Source: Bacilli bacterium (GTDB lineage Bacteria; Bacillota_I; Bacilli_A; RF39; UBA660). From it: a stretch of 51,962 bases of DNA. The number at the start of each line of letters is the position of its first letter. The first letter of the stretch is position 1. The notes under the pieces are model-generated. The model ran no database searches. It saw only the letters and a list, made by a program, of their open reading frames with translations, and was not told where the DNA came from. Positions 35,818-45,231 of the stretch are shown here, one piece after another. The stretch covers positions 1-51,962 of the forward strand of contig JAZSKU010000113.1 in NCBI GenBank assembly GCA_045535005.1. Direction: 5' to 3'. The translations under genes and the position numbers were made by a program.

Positions 35818-36876
35818 ATGTTTCAAAATAAACAAAATTTTAGAATTAAATTAATATTCTTATCTTCTCTATTAGTATTTATACTTATATTAGTTAAAGT
35901 GTTTTATATACAAGTTATTGAATATAAGAAACTTAATACTTTAGCTAATGAATTATGGAGTCGTAATTTAACTATAGGTTCTGATAGAGGTAAAATATTA
36001 GATAGAAATGGTAAAACTATAGTAGATAATATTACTACTGTTAGTTTATATATAGTACCTAATCAAGTTATTGATAAAAAAGATGCTGCAGCTAAAATAA
36101 GTAAAATACTTAATATTAGTTATGATAAGATGTATAGTTATTTAACAAAGAAATCTTCTTTAGTTAAAGTTCATCCTGAAGGAAGAAACTTAAGTTTTGA
36201 TGTTGCTGATAAAATTAATGAACTTGAACTTGATGGTATATATTTACTTAAAGAAAGTAAGAGAAACTATATATATAAAAATACTTTATCTCATGTACTA
36301 GGATATACTGGTATAGATAATCAAGGGTTAAGTGGTATAGAACTTAAATATGATAAAATTCTTACTGGTAAAAATGGTAGTATTAAATATTATTCAGATG
36401 GTCATGGTAAAAAATTAGAACTTAGTGAACTTTATATAGAACCAGTAAATGGTAAAGATGTTAAATTAACAATTGATTTAGATGTTCAACTATCACTTAG
36501 TAATGAACTTAATAAAGCATTTTTAAAATATAATGCTGATAAAGCTATAGGAATAGTACAAAGTGTTAAAACTGGTGAAATTATTGCTATGGAGAGTTTA
36601 CCTTCTTTTGATCCAAATAATTATAAAAATTATGATACTGAAACATTAAATCGTAATTTAGCTATATGGAATAGTTTTGAACCTGGTAGTACTTTTAAAA
36701 TAATTACACTTGCTTCTGCGATTAATGAAGGTATAGTTAATATATTTAGTGATACTTATAATGATACTGGTGGTATTAAAGTTGAAGGTAGTACTCTACA
36801 CTGTTGGAAAAGAAAAGGACATGGATATCAATCGTTTATACAAGTAGTTGAAAACTCATGTAAAGAGTATATTTAA
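35818..36876 (+). CDS. Class B penicillin-binding protein (SpoVD/PBP2B-like), N-terminal fragment truncated by the inserted element
   Basis: A GGTGA RBS precedes MFQNKQNFRIKLIFLSSLLVFILILV (TM anchor). Next come the dimerisation domain (WSRNL...DRGKILDRNG) and the active-site STFK motif (EPGSTFKIITLA). Host sequence ends at ...CWKRKGHGYQSFIQVVENSC. After 36863 the codons KEYI* are read from element DNA. Confidence 0.85.
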   Translation: MFQNKQNFRIKLIFLSSLLVFILILVKVFYIQVIEYKKLNTLANELWSRNLTIGSDRGKILDRNGKTIVDNITTVSLYIVPNQVIDKKDAAAKISKILNISYDKMYSYLTKKSSLVKVHPEGRNLSFDVADKINELELDGIYLLKESKRNYIYKNTLSHVLGYTGIDNQGLSGIELKYDKILTGKNGSIKYYSDGHGKKLELSELYIEPVNGKDVKLTIDLDVQLSLSNELNKAFLKYNADKAIGIVQSVKTGEIIAMESLPSFDPNNYKNYDTETLNRNLAIWNSFEPGSTFKIITLASAINEGIVNIFSDTYNDTGGIKVEGSTLHCWKRKGHGYQSFIQVVENSCKEYI

Positions 36877-36880
36877 ACAA
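36845..36880. other. attL junction (host PBP | element), core TAA at 36861..36863
   Basis: GTTGAAAACTCATG-TAA-AGAGTATATTTAAAC. Homology to PBP sequence stops after TGT AA. Confidence 0.6.
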
Positions 36881-38417
36881 GGACAATTAACTCATTTTTT
36901 CTATTATTAAATTTTATTTCTTTAATAATATATTTGTCATAATTAAAGTATATTTTAAGACGTATATGACTTCTATTAGTTAAAGGAAATATTTCTATTC
37001 TCTTAATAAATATCTTTATTAAATTAGGTAATTCATCCTCTAAATTAAGTATATTTTTTATATTATTTAGATTATCAATATTTATATAACTTTTATTATT
37101 TAATTTAGAATCTAATTTATTCTTTTTATTTAAATATTCTTCTTTACTAATAATATTATTAATTAATAAATCTAATAGTTTATCTTTTTCAGAATCAATA
37201 GATTTAATTTCGTTACTTTTATTATAATTATTAATAATATTAGTATATTCATTTATTAAAGAAGAAGTTATTAAATTAATATCTATTATTTCATTAAATA
37301 TATCAATAAATATTTTATCTAGATATTCTTCTTTTATAATTGGACTATTACATATATTTTTTCCGTTTGACTTATAATTCTTACATGAATATGTTGGGCT
37401 ATTCTTTCTAGTGCTTCCACTACTTCTTATATATATTTGATTACATTTACTACAATAAATTAAACATGAGTATTTAGAATATTTATTAGAATTTAATATA
37501 TGTTTGTGTATAGACTTCTTTCTTTTATTATATAAGTTATTTACCCTATTCCATAACTTTTCATCTATTATAGCTGGTATATTATTATCTTTTTCTATTA
37601 TTTGATTTTCTTTTGGTACTTTTACTTTCTTATGAGTTTTATAATCTATTACTTCAGTTAATCTTGCTGTGTAATATCCTTTATATCTAGGATTAGTTAT
37701 AAACTTAGATATTGTTGTTTGTGAATATGGTTTACCTTTTTTATTTAAGTATCCCATTTTAGATAAATTATTACTTATTTCTTTTAAACTTGTACATCCT
37801 GAAATATATGTATTAAATATATGTCTTATAATAAAAGCTTCTTTTTCATTTATTACATATTTACCATTCTTTTTATAATAACCTGTTAAATTACTTCCGA
37901 TTAGTTTTCTATCTTTTATCATTCTATTAATACCAAATTTAATTCTACTTGATAATTTTCTTACTTCATCTTGAGCTAAACTAGACATAATAGTTAATCT
38001 AAATTCAGAGTCTTCATTTATAGTATTAATATTATCTGTTAAGAAATACACTATTGTGCCGTGTCTTAAAAGATACTCTGTATATTTAATACTATCTAAT
38101 GTATTTCTTGAGAACCTTGATATCTCTTTAGTAAGTATTAAATCTATGTTGCCAAGTGAAGCGTCCTCTATCATACGAAGAAACTCTTTTCTATTTTTAA
38201 CAGATGTACCTGTTATACCTTCATCTATATAACTACCTTTAAATATCCAATTTTTATTTTCTTTAATCATTTCATTAAAATAATTAGTTTGATTTTCTAA
38301 ACTATTTAATTGATCTTTTGAATCAGTAGATACTCTAGCATAATAAGCTACTTTTAAGGGCATATCATATATCGTAATACCTTTTCTTAGTAATTCTCTT
38401 CCTTTTATTATATCCAA
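36873..38417 (-). CDS. Large serine recombinase (SpoIVCA/CisA-like)
   Basis: 514 aa. Resolvase catalytic domain with MPLKVAYYARVSTDSKDQ (nucleophilic Ser) and SRFSRN, a recombinase domain, a Cys-rich zinc ribbon (CSKCNQ...CKNY...CNS) and a C-terminal coiled coil. TTG start 6 nt after AAGGGTGA. Confidence 0.9.
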   Translation of the reverse strand: MDIIKGRELLRKGITIYDMPLKVAYYARVSTDSKDQLNSLENQTNYFNEMIKENKNWIFKGSYIDEGITGTSVKNRKEFLRMIEDASLGNIDLILTKEISRFSRNTLDSIKYTEYLLRHGTIVYFLTDNINTINEDSEFRLTIMSSLAQDEVRKLSSRIKFGINRMIKDRKLIGSNLTGYYKKNGKYVINEKEAFIIRHIFNTYISGCTSLKEISNNLSKMGYLNKKGKPYSQTTISKFITNPRYKGYYTARLTEVIDYKTHKKVKVPKENQIIEKDNNIPAIIDEKLWNRVNNLYNKRKKSIHKHILNSNKYSKYSCLIYCSKCNQIYIRSSGSTRKNSPTYSCKNYKSNGKNICNSPIIKEEYLDKIFIDIFNEIIDINLITSSLINEYTNIINNYNKSNEIKSIDSEKDKLLDLLINNIISKEEYLNKKNKLDSKLNNKSYINIDNLNNIKNILNLEDELPNLIKIFIKRIEIFPLTNRSHIRLKIYFNYDKYIIKEIKFNNRKNELIVLV

Positions 38418-38575
38418 GTTATTTCACCCTTTTAATGTATTCATAGTATATATAATTATCTATAATATTATTTTCATATAATTTTCTATTAATATTTAGT
38501 TTCCATTCTTTTATTAAATTATTCATATTTAACTATATGAACATTAATAAAAAAAATACATAAAAAAAGAGCTAT

Positions 38576-38971
38576 TTAAGCTCTTGCATTATTTCTTATA
38601 AGTGCTTGATATATTACTTTAAGATTTTCTTTTTTATCATGATTCATATTAACAAATACTATTCTCATTTGATATCCACTTTCAAGTGCTAAGAATAATT
38701 CTGCTCTTCCTGGTTTAAATGTAATAGCACTAGTATTAATTGATTTATATGGAATTACATGTATCTTTTTATATGATTTTATAATATCTCTATCAAATAA
38801 TACCATTGTTTTATCAGTAAATACTGCATAATCTCTAGCAGTTTTATATCCACCTAATATTCTTTCACCAGGATTTACATATTCTTTAGTATAATCTGGT
38901 AAATCATCAATTTCTATTTGTTCTTTAAAATCAAAATATTTTGTTAATTCTTTATATTTTATATATGCCAT
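38576..38971 (-). CDS. Bacterial PH-domain protein (YokE-like)
   Basis: 131 aa. ...ERILGGYKTARDYAVFTDKTMVLFDRD...IPYKSINTSAITF...ELFLALESGYQMRIVF matches the bPH/YokE pattern of beta strands followed by a C-terminal helix. It has its own terminator at 38562..38585. Confidence 0.55.
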   Translation of the reverse strand: MAYIKYKELTKYFDFKEQIEIDDLPDYTKEYVNPGERILGGYKTARDYAVFTDKTMVLFDRDIIKSYKKIHVIPYKSINTSAITFKPGRAELFLALESGYQMRIVFVNMNHDKKENLKVIYQALIRNNARA

Positions 38972-39025
38972 TTTAACTACTCCCTATCTAAGAACATTTT
39001 AACATATAAAAAATCAAAAGAAAAG

Positions 39026-39046
39026 AAGAGATTTCTCTCTTCTTAT
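39026..39046 (-). terminator. Intrinsic terminator after the 2007-aa gene
   Basis: Minus strand reads AAGAAGAGA-gaaa-TCTCTTCTT followed by TTCTTTTGATTTTTT. Confidence 0.6.
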
Positions 39047-39059
39047 TTTATTCAGTAAT

Positions 39060-42000
39060 CTATTCTACTACTGGAACTATAACTTTTTCTACTACTTCGC
39101 CTTGAGCATTTTGTTCATAACCATCAGCTAAGTATGCAGTTACATCATTTAATGTACCAGTGAATTTTCCACCTTTGATAATTACATCAAATGTTTGGTC
39201 TGCTTGAGCAGAATCAGTATGAATTACTTCATAACTAGCGCTCTTAGAAATAAATGTTCCGCCTTTTACTAGTACAGTAACATCTTTTGCAGCAGATGCG
39301 TTTAATAAATAAATTGCAGCTCTTGCTGAATTATATTTACCACCATCAACTGTTACACTAACATTATTTGAACTTTCTGCATAAATTGTGTAATATTTAT
39401 GAGTTTCAAAGTTAGAATTCTTAATGTTTGCAGTACCACCAGTAATTCCGAATGCTCCTTTAGTATTTGTAATATTTACATTATCAAGAGAAGCATTTCC
39501 TGCAGTTACTCTAATAGCATAACTTGATTGAGAATCAGCTGTAATAGTTGTATTTTTAATTTCTAAAGTTCCAGTACTACTTACTGCTGCATCTCCCCAT
39601 TTTTGTGTTTTACCATTAATAGTTGATGATATAGAAGTAACTTTAATTGTTGAATCTTTAATTATTAATGTTCCATTATTATCAAATGTAGAACCATCTT
39701 TAGATCCATTATCTTTAACATCAACATTATCAATTGTTAAAGTTCCTTCGTTAGATACAATTCCATAAGAATGAGTATCTTGGTTAACTAAGTCACCATC
39801 TTTGATAGTTAAGTTACCTTTATTTTTGATTAATCTTGATGAATCATCATCTGGATTATCAATAACTAATTCTTTACCATCTAAATCAATTACTAATGTT
39901 TTATTTGAAGCTAATTCAATTTCTTCTGTTAAAGTTGTATCTTCAGTTAATTTATAAGTTCCACCTTGTAGGAAAGCTAGTTTTAACTTTCCTTCAGGTG
40001 TATTTAATAAATTATCAAATTCTTCTTGAGTTAATTCTCCAAATTTAGTAATAATTTTTTCAACGATTGCACCATCTTCAATTACTACTTCATTAATTAA
40101 ATCAACTTCTGATAAATCTAGTACTTTAACTTTAGCACCAGATTTAATATTAATTGCATTATAACGTTTTGTTAAATCAGTTCCATCTACTAAAATAGCT
40201 TTAGCAACAATTTTATTAACTGTTGTACCATCACCAATTGTTAGATGACCATTAACGTTAGTTCTTGTAGCAGTTTCAATAGTATCTACTTTTACATTAT
40301 TAAATGTAGCTTTAGTTTTATTCCATACATATACAGTTCCTACTTCTCCACCATTCATTTCAAGTATTGAACTTTGAGTAAGAACTAAATCATATAATGG
40401 GAATCCAGCTTCATCCATACTAGACATTTTTGTTCCAGTGATGATTGAATTATTGATTTCACCTTCGCCCCATAGAATTAATCCACCAGCTAATTGTGAG
40501 AATGAAACAACTTCTAAATTTTTCATTGTTACATTATTTAAGACATTTTTCTTAGTTGGATGTTCATAGAATCCTAAATTATTTGCAGTTATTTGTCCTT
40601 TTAATGTTAAGTTATTAACTGTAACACTTCCATTTTTAGATGCGAATATATTTGACATAGCAGGTGCTTTATAACCAGTTGGCCATTCCATATAAGCATC
40701 TTTTGTAGAAGCAATTTGTGTAACTGTATATCCGTTACCATTAATTACAATATCACCAGATGCATTTATAATATCACCTTTTGTACCGTTTCCAGTTTCA
40801 TCATAATATAAACTGTCATTCCATAATGTCATATCTCCAGTTAAATCCATAACTCCATTAGTTGGTTTTAAAGTATTTTTACCAAGTGTATAAGTGATTT
40901 CACTTTCGTTTCCAGATAAGTCTCTTGCAACTACTCTGTATTCACCATTTCCAAACCAATCAAAGTTTGTTCTAAAACTCTTTCCACCTGGATAAGTTTT
41001 AACTAGTTTTCCATCTCTATATGCATATAATGTTACATCTTGTAAATCTGATGTAATAACATCTGTTTTCTTTTCTAGAGTATCTTCTCTAAAATCTAAA
41101 GATAATTTTGGAGCAGTTGTATCACTAACAATTACCCAAATCTTAGATTGTTGTAATTGATTATTAGATACATTTCCTTCAGCATCTTCAGCCATGTATA
41201 CTAGTAAGTATTTACCAATAACATTTGGATCAACAGTTTCACCTTCTGCAAGTCTTCTTACAAATGGTCCTGTTGCATTATTTTCACCTAATTCATATAA
41301 GTTAATATATGATGGTGCGCTCTTTTCATAATCAGCATCGATATTATCAGTAACTGTTGCACCTAATTCTGTATAAGTACCTGTTCCGTATTCAACATGT
41401 ACATTATTTTTTGCCTTAGCTGTAACAACTGGACTAGTTGTATCAACAACATTAACTATAATATCTTTTGTAGTTACATTATTAAATTTATCTGTGAAGC
41501 TATAACTTAAAGTATAAGTTCCTACTTTACTCATGTCTACACTACCAGATTCTAATTTAGTTGTAACTTCTGTTAAATCAGTAATTTCAAATGTTGGGAA
41601 GTCTGTAAATTCTTTTGTTTTGTCTCCCTCAACAGTTTTTTCTGTATAGCTTGGTGTTACTACTGGAGCTGTATGATCGATTGTAGCCATTGTCTCTGTA
41701 CTGTTACCAGCTTGATCTGTAACAACTACTTTATATTCTCCATCTCCTAACCAGTCTATTGAGAATCTCTTATAATTAGATTTTTCATCTACTGTTTTAA
41801 CTACTTCAGTTCCTTTATAAACTTTAAATACAATTTTATTAGTATCACTACCTACAACATCAGTTCTCTTATCAGCAAGTTCTGGTCTATAATCAATTTC
41901 TAATTCTGGAGCTGTTTTATCAATAACAATGTATTTTTGAGAACCTAATTCGATATCATCGTTTGTAAGTTTTACTCCTACATTTCCAACTTTATCAGCA

Positions 42001-45000
42001 TATCCTACTACTTTAACAGAAAGATCACCATCTTTTAATCCATCATCTTCAGTTAATTTGAATTCAGCTGCATAAATGTAACTATCATCAGATATTTTAG
42101 CTAAATATGCAAGTTTACTAACTTTTCCATTTAATGTTACTGTTGGGTTTGTAGCTAATCTTTCAGTAAATGTTGTGTATACATAAATAGTTGTTCCATT
42201 TGTTGCATACATTGTATATTTACCATTTTCCCAGTATCCTTTTCCTCCAAGCATTCTTATACTTGAGTGAACTGGTGCGATTGTATCGATTGATACATTC
42301 TTTTGTCCTGGTGTAGTTATATCATCATTTGTTAATGTAACTCCAACATTTCCTACTTTGTCAGCATATCCGTAAACTTCAATGCTTACTGCACCTTGTT
42401 TAGAGTTTTCTGTGACTTTGTATGTAGCTCCGTACATATAAGTTCCATCAACTTCTTTAATATATGATGTAGATAATTCTTCACCATTTAATTTTACTTT
42501 TGCATTTGTAGCTAGTTTTTCTTTAAATGTCATATATACATTTATTGTTTCTCCAGCTTTTACATACCATGTTTGAACACCATTTTCTTTAAGTGCTCTT
42601 CCACCTAACATTCTTAATGTTGCATATTCTGGTGCAGTCTTATCAATAACAAATGTTACTGTTGATTCATTTCCTGCTTTATCATAAGCAACAACTGTAT
42701 GTGTTCCTTCATGAGTAATTTTCTTTTGGAATTTAATTAATCCATCTACTGTTGTGAAATCAGATGCAGTATATTCTGTTCCATCGATAACTACTTTATC
42801 TAAATTCTTATCGCTTACATAAACGATTTCATTTTTATTTGTAGCTTTTGTTTCATCAACACCTGTAATTGCTGGTGCTGTGTAATCAATTGTGAATGTA
42901 ACTCTTACTCTGTTGCCTGCTCTATCATAAGCAACAAATTCATGAGTTCCTTCTACATCGTATTTTGTTCCTAATTCATATTTTTCTCCATCTATAGTAG
43001 CAGATGCGATTGGAGATACATTATGAACAGCATATTTTACTTCATTAATAGTAACTGGAGTATTGTAATGATAATTATTATTAATTCCTTCGATTACAGG
43101 ATTTCTGTTATCGTATACAACGCTTCTTCCGTTACTTGTAATAGTTTGATCTTCTAATACTGTTTCATTTAATGCTATGTCTTTAATATTTGAAACTTTA
43201 ATTTCTAATGTTCCTTGTTTTAAATCTTTTTCATTAGCATCAATTGTGAATGTACCTTCGTATAAGAATTTGTTTTCGTTATTCTTAACTTTTTCATTTA
43301 AAACCATTTCAACTTCTCTACCAGCAATTGTTACTGTTGGAGCTGTTGTTAATTCTTCTGTAAATGAAATAGCAAATTCAAAGCTATCACCATTCTTAAC
43401 ATAGTAATATTTAACACCATTTTCAATATATTCTGTTTTATTTACACGTAATGTTGAATATACTCTTGCTGCTGGTGTTCTGTCATAAATTACAGTTTTA
43501 CCATTAGTTGTAACATTTGTAGTGAATGTTTCATATACTTTTTTACCATTTGTTTGATAATAGAATCCAGTATTACCAGCTTTATCTGTTACATTAGAAA
43601 TAACGATTTCTAATTGTCCTTCAGTTAATTCTGTTTCATTTTCTGGGATTTCTAAGTATCCATAATACATATAACTATTAGTAGCTGCGAAGTAATTTTC
43701 GAATGTTAATTTAACTTCTTTTCCACCAATTGTAACTACAGCGTCTTCACCTAATTCTTCTCTAAATCCGATATTGAATTGTACTTTTCCACCGTTTTTA
43801 ATGTAATATGTTTTTCCAACTTCTACACTGTTTCCTTTTCTGAAGAATGTTTGAGTTACTCTATTTTCTGTTCTATCTAATATAATAACTTTTTCTCCTA
43901 CAGACATTTTAGTGATATCATCAGTTTTATTTCCTGCTTTATCTAAGATATCTACTACATGGAATGTTATATTTCCATCTTCAGCAACTAAGTTTTCATT
44001 AATTTCTAAAACTGCTGTGTAAACATATGGATAGTCATTGTTTTGAGATGTGCTTGCTACTACGTTTTCATTAGCAACTCTTGCAATTTCTTTTCCATTT
44101 GCAAAGAATATGAATGTTGGATTATTTTTTAATTCTTCGTTAATTGAAATGTATGCAGTTATTGTTTTTCCATTAATCGCATATTGTGTCTTAACTTCAT
44201 TCTTGTATCCATTAACATTTGCATTTACTGCGTTTTTCTTAGCAGCAGTCTTATCAATTGTAAATGTTACACTTGATTCATTGAATGCTTGATCAAGTAC
44301 AGTATAAACATATTCTCCTTCCTCTGTAAATGTAGCTAGAGGATCTATTTCTTGTCCATTTAATGTTACTTTTATTGTTACATTTTCTTCATTAACAGTA
44401 AGTGTAACATCTTCGTTTGTTATTTGTCCGTCTTCTATTCCCATAATTAATGCAGGAGTAGTATCATTTAAAATTATATTTACATCATCTAAACGACCTT
44501 GTAAGTTTTGTTTAACGTCTTCAGTAGTTAATGCACTAATTACATCTTGGATACTATTTGTGTCTCTAAAGTTTCTTGCTGAATCCATATCATCTTTATT
44601 AGTAGCATTTTTTACCATTTCTTCTAATGCAGCAATTAGTTCAGTTGCATTAATTGCAGCATCTACTGCATCTAATCTTGAAGCTAATTCTTGCTTTTTA
44701 GTTTCATCAGTTACTCTATCAACTAATGTACGAGCTTTTGATGAATCTTCTTTGTTTAAACTATTTTCAGCTATTTCTACTGCTCTTAGAGCATCTTGGT
44801 AAGTATTATCTTGTTTTTTATCTGTTTGGTTACCTTTGTTGTTATTACTATTACCAACTGTAGAATTTCTATTAGATTTACTATTTTCTTCATCGTTTTC
44901 TGTTTCATCAACTACGATAGTGTTATCAGTTTTATCTGATTCATTATCTTTCTTTACTTCTTTTGAACCATTTTCAGATCCATTTAATTCTTCCTCGTTT

Positions 45001-45083
45001 TCACCAGGATTTGCGAAAGTAAATACAGAAAGTCCGATAAGTAAGAATATAAGTAAAACTATATATTTTTTCTTTCCTTCCAT
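39060..45083 (-). CDS. Giant secreted/surface protein (2007 aa): signal/anchor, helical repeats, multiple Ig-like domains, C-terminal right-handed beta-helix region
   Basis: N-terminus MEGKKKYIVLLIFLLIGLSVFTFA|NPG. Helical modules read (A..RLD.V..AI). Ig-like repeats recur, each ending D.AGN....TF.ID.TAP. DUF5011-like modules are present (VGTYTLSYSFTDKFNN, IGKYLLVYMAEDAEGN). The last ~700 aa carry repetitive G(T/N)LTI.N..V coils. No LPXTG, SLH or choline-binding anchor was seen. Confidence 0.85.
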   Translation of the reverse strand: MEGKKKYIVLLIFLLIGLSVFTFANPGENEEELNGSENGSKEVKKDNESDKTDNTIVVDETENDEENSKSNRNSTVGNSNNNKGNQTDKKQDNTYQDALRAVEIAENSLNKEDSSKARTLVDRVTDETKKQELASRLDAVDAAINATELIAALEEMVKNATNKDDMDSARNFRDTNSIQDVISALTTEDVKQNLQGRLDDVNIILNDTTPALIMGIEDGQITNEDVTLTVNEENVTIKVTLNGQEIDPLATFTEEGEYVYTVLDQAFNESSVTFTIDKTAAKKNAVNANVNGYKNEVKTQYAINGKTITAYISINEELKNNPTFIFFANGKEIARVANENVVASTSQNNDYPYVYTAVLEINENLVAEDGNITFHVVDILDKAGNKTDDITKMSVGEKVIILDRTENRVTQTFFRKGNSVEVGKTYYIKNGGKVQFNIGFREELGEDAVVTIGGKEVKLTFENYFAATNSYMYYGYLEIPENETELTEGQLEIVISNVTDKAGNTGFYYQTNGKKVYETFTTNVTTNGKTVIYDRTPAARVYSTLRVNKTEYIENGVKYYYVKNGDSFEFAISFTEELTTAPTVTIAGREVEMVLNEKVKNNENKFLYEGTFTIDANEKDLKQGTLEIKVSNIKDIALNETVLEDQTITSNGRSVVYDNRNPVIEGINNNYHYNTPVTINEVKYAVHNVSPIASATIDGEKYELGTKYDVEGTHEFVAYDRAGNRVRVTFTIDYTAPAITGVDETKATNKNEIVYVSDKNLDKVVIDGTEYTASDFTTVDGLIKFQKKITHEGTHTVVAYDKAGNESTVTFVIDKTAPEYATLRMLGGRALKENGVQTWYVKAGETINVYMTFKEKLATNAKVKLNGEELSTSYIKEVDGTYMYGATYKVTENSKQGAVSIEVYGYADKVGNVGVTLTNDDITTPGQKNVSIDTIAPVHSSIRMLGGKGYWENGKYTMYATNGTTIYVYTTFTERLATNPTVTLNGKVSKLAYLAKISDDSYIYAAEFKLTEDDGLKDGDLSVKVVGYADKVGNVGVKLTNDDIELGSQKYIVIDKTAPELEIDYRPELADKRTDVVGSDTNKIVFKVYKGTEVVKTVDEKSNYKRFSIDWLGDGEYKVVVTDQAGNSTETMATIDHTAPVVTPSYTEKTVEGDKTKEFTDFPTFEITDLTEVTTKLESGSVDMSKVGTYTLSYSFTDKFNNVTTKDIIVNVVDTTSPVVTAKAKNNVHVEYGTGTYTELGATVTDNIDADYEKSAPSYINLYELGENNATGPFVRRLAEGETVDPNVIGKYLLVYMAEDAEGNVSNNQLQQSKIWVIVSDTTAPKLSLDFREDTLEKKTDVITSDLQDVTLYAYRDGKLVKTYPGGKSFRTNFDWFGNGEYRVVARDLSGNESEITYTLGKNTLKPTNGVMDLTGDMTLWNDSLYYDETGNGTKGDIINASGDIVINGNGYTVTQIASTKDAYMEWPTGYKAPAMSNIFASKNGSVTVNNLTLKGQITANNLGFYEHPTKKNVLNNVTMKNLEVVSFSQLAGGLILWGEGEINNSIITGTKMSSMDEAGFPLYDLVLTQSSILEMNGGEVGTVYVWNKTKATFNNVKVDTIETATRTNVNGHLTIGDGTTVNKIVAKAILVDGTDLTKRYNAINIKSGAKVKVLDLSEVDLINEVVIEDGAIVEKIITKFGELTQEEFDNLLNTPEGKLKLAFLQGGTYKLTEDTTLTEEIELASNKTLVIDLDGKELVIDNPDDDSSRLIKNKGNLTIKDGDLVNQDTHSYGIVSNEGTLTIDNVDVKDNGSKDGSTFDNNGTLIIKDSTIKVTSISSTINGKTQKWGDAAVSSTGTLEIKNTTITADSQSSYAIRVTAGNASLDNVNITNTKGAFGITGGTANIKNSNFETHKYYTIYAESSNNVSVTVDGGKYNSARAAIYLLNASAAKDVTVLVKGGTFISKSASYEVIHTDSAQADQTFDVIIKGGKFTGTLNDVTAYLADGYEQNAQGEVVEKVIVPVVE
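41905..42635 (-). repeat. Tandem duplication of a ~122-aa (~366-bp) module inside the giant gene
   Basis: The two units begin ...RMLGGRALKENGVQTWYVKAGETINVYMTFKEKLATNAKVKLNGEE...GYADKVGNVGVTLTNDDI and ...RMLGGKGYWENGKYTMYATNGTTIYVYTTFTERLATNPTVTLNGKV...GYADKVGNVGVKLTNDDI. They have diverged at the DNA level. Confidence 0.7.
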
Positions 45084-45162
45084 TTAAAAACCTCCTATTT
45101 TTTCTTTTCAAATAACAAAAATTTGCAGACTCCCCCCAAGGCCACATTCTTGGAGTACTTAT

Positions 45163-45191
45163 ATTATATTCGCAACAAGTAAAAAAGTAAA
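45163..45191 (-). promoter_or_regulatory. Promoter of the giant surface protein gene
   Basis: Minus strand reads TTTACT, 17 nt spacer, TATAAT, about 75 nt upstream of the ATG. Confidence 0.5.
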
Positions 45192-45231
45192 CAAAAAATT
45201 CACTTTTTCAAGCGAATTTTACATGATTTTT

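Noticed and set aside
36858-36864. 7-bp direct repeat ATGTAAA at both element ends (also at 45847..45853) as the recombination core or a target-site duplication.
   Set aside because: Joining at this repeat gives ...ENSCKLILGL*, which is out of frame. The TAA register restores the conserved SCNPGF sequence. A short AT-rich repeat like this is easily a coincidence.
38421-38528. 35-aa minus-strand ORF (MNNLIKEWKLNINRKLYENNIIDNYIYYEYIKRVK) immediately upstream of the recombinase, considered as a possible small directionality factor.
   Set aside because: It has no RBS, and its composition simply mirrors AT-rich intergenic DNA. It is kept only as a remote possibility.
39060-45083. Reading the giant ORF as an RTX/polymorphic toxin or an S-layer protein.
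   Set aside because: It has no GGxGxD nonapeptide repeats, no recognisable C-terminal toxin or immunity pair, and no SLH or CWB2 modules. Only a generic Ig-repeat plus beta-helix adhesin or enzyme architecture can be supported.
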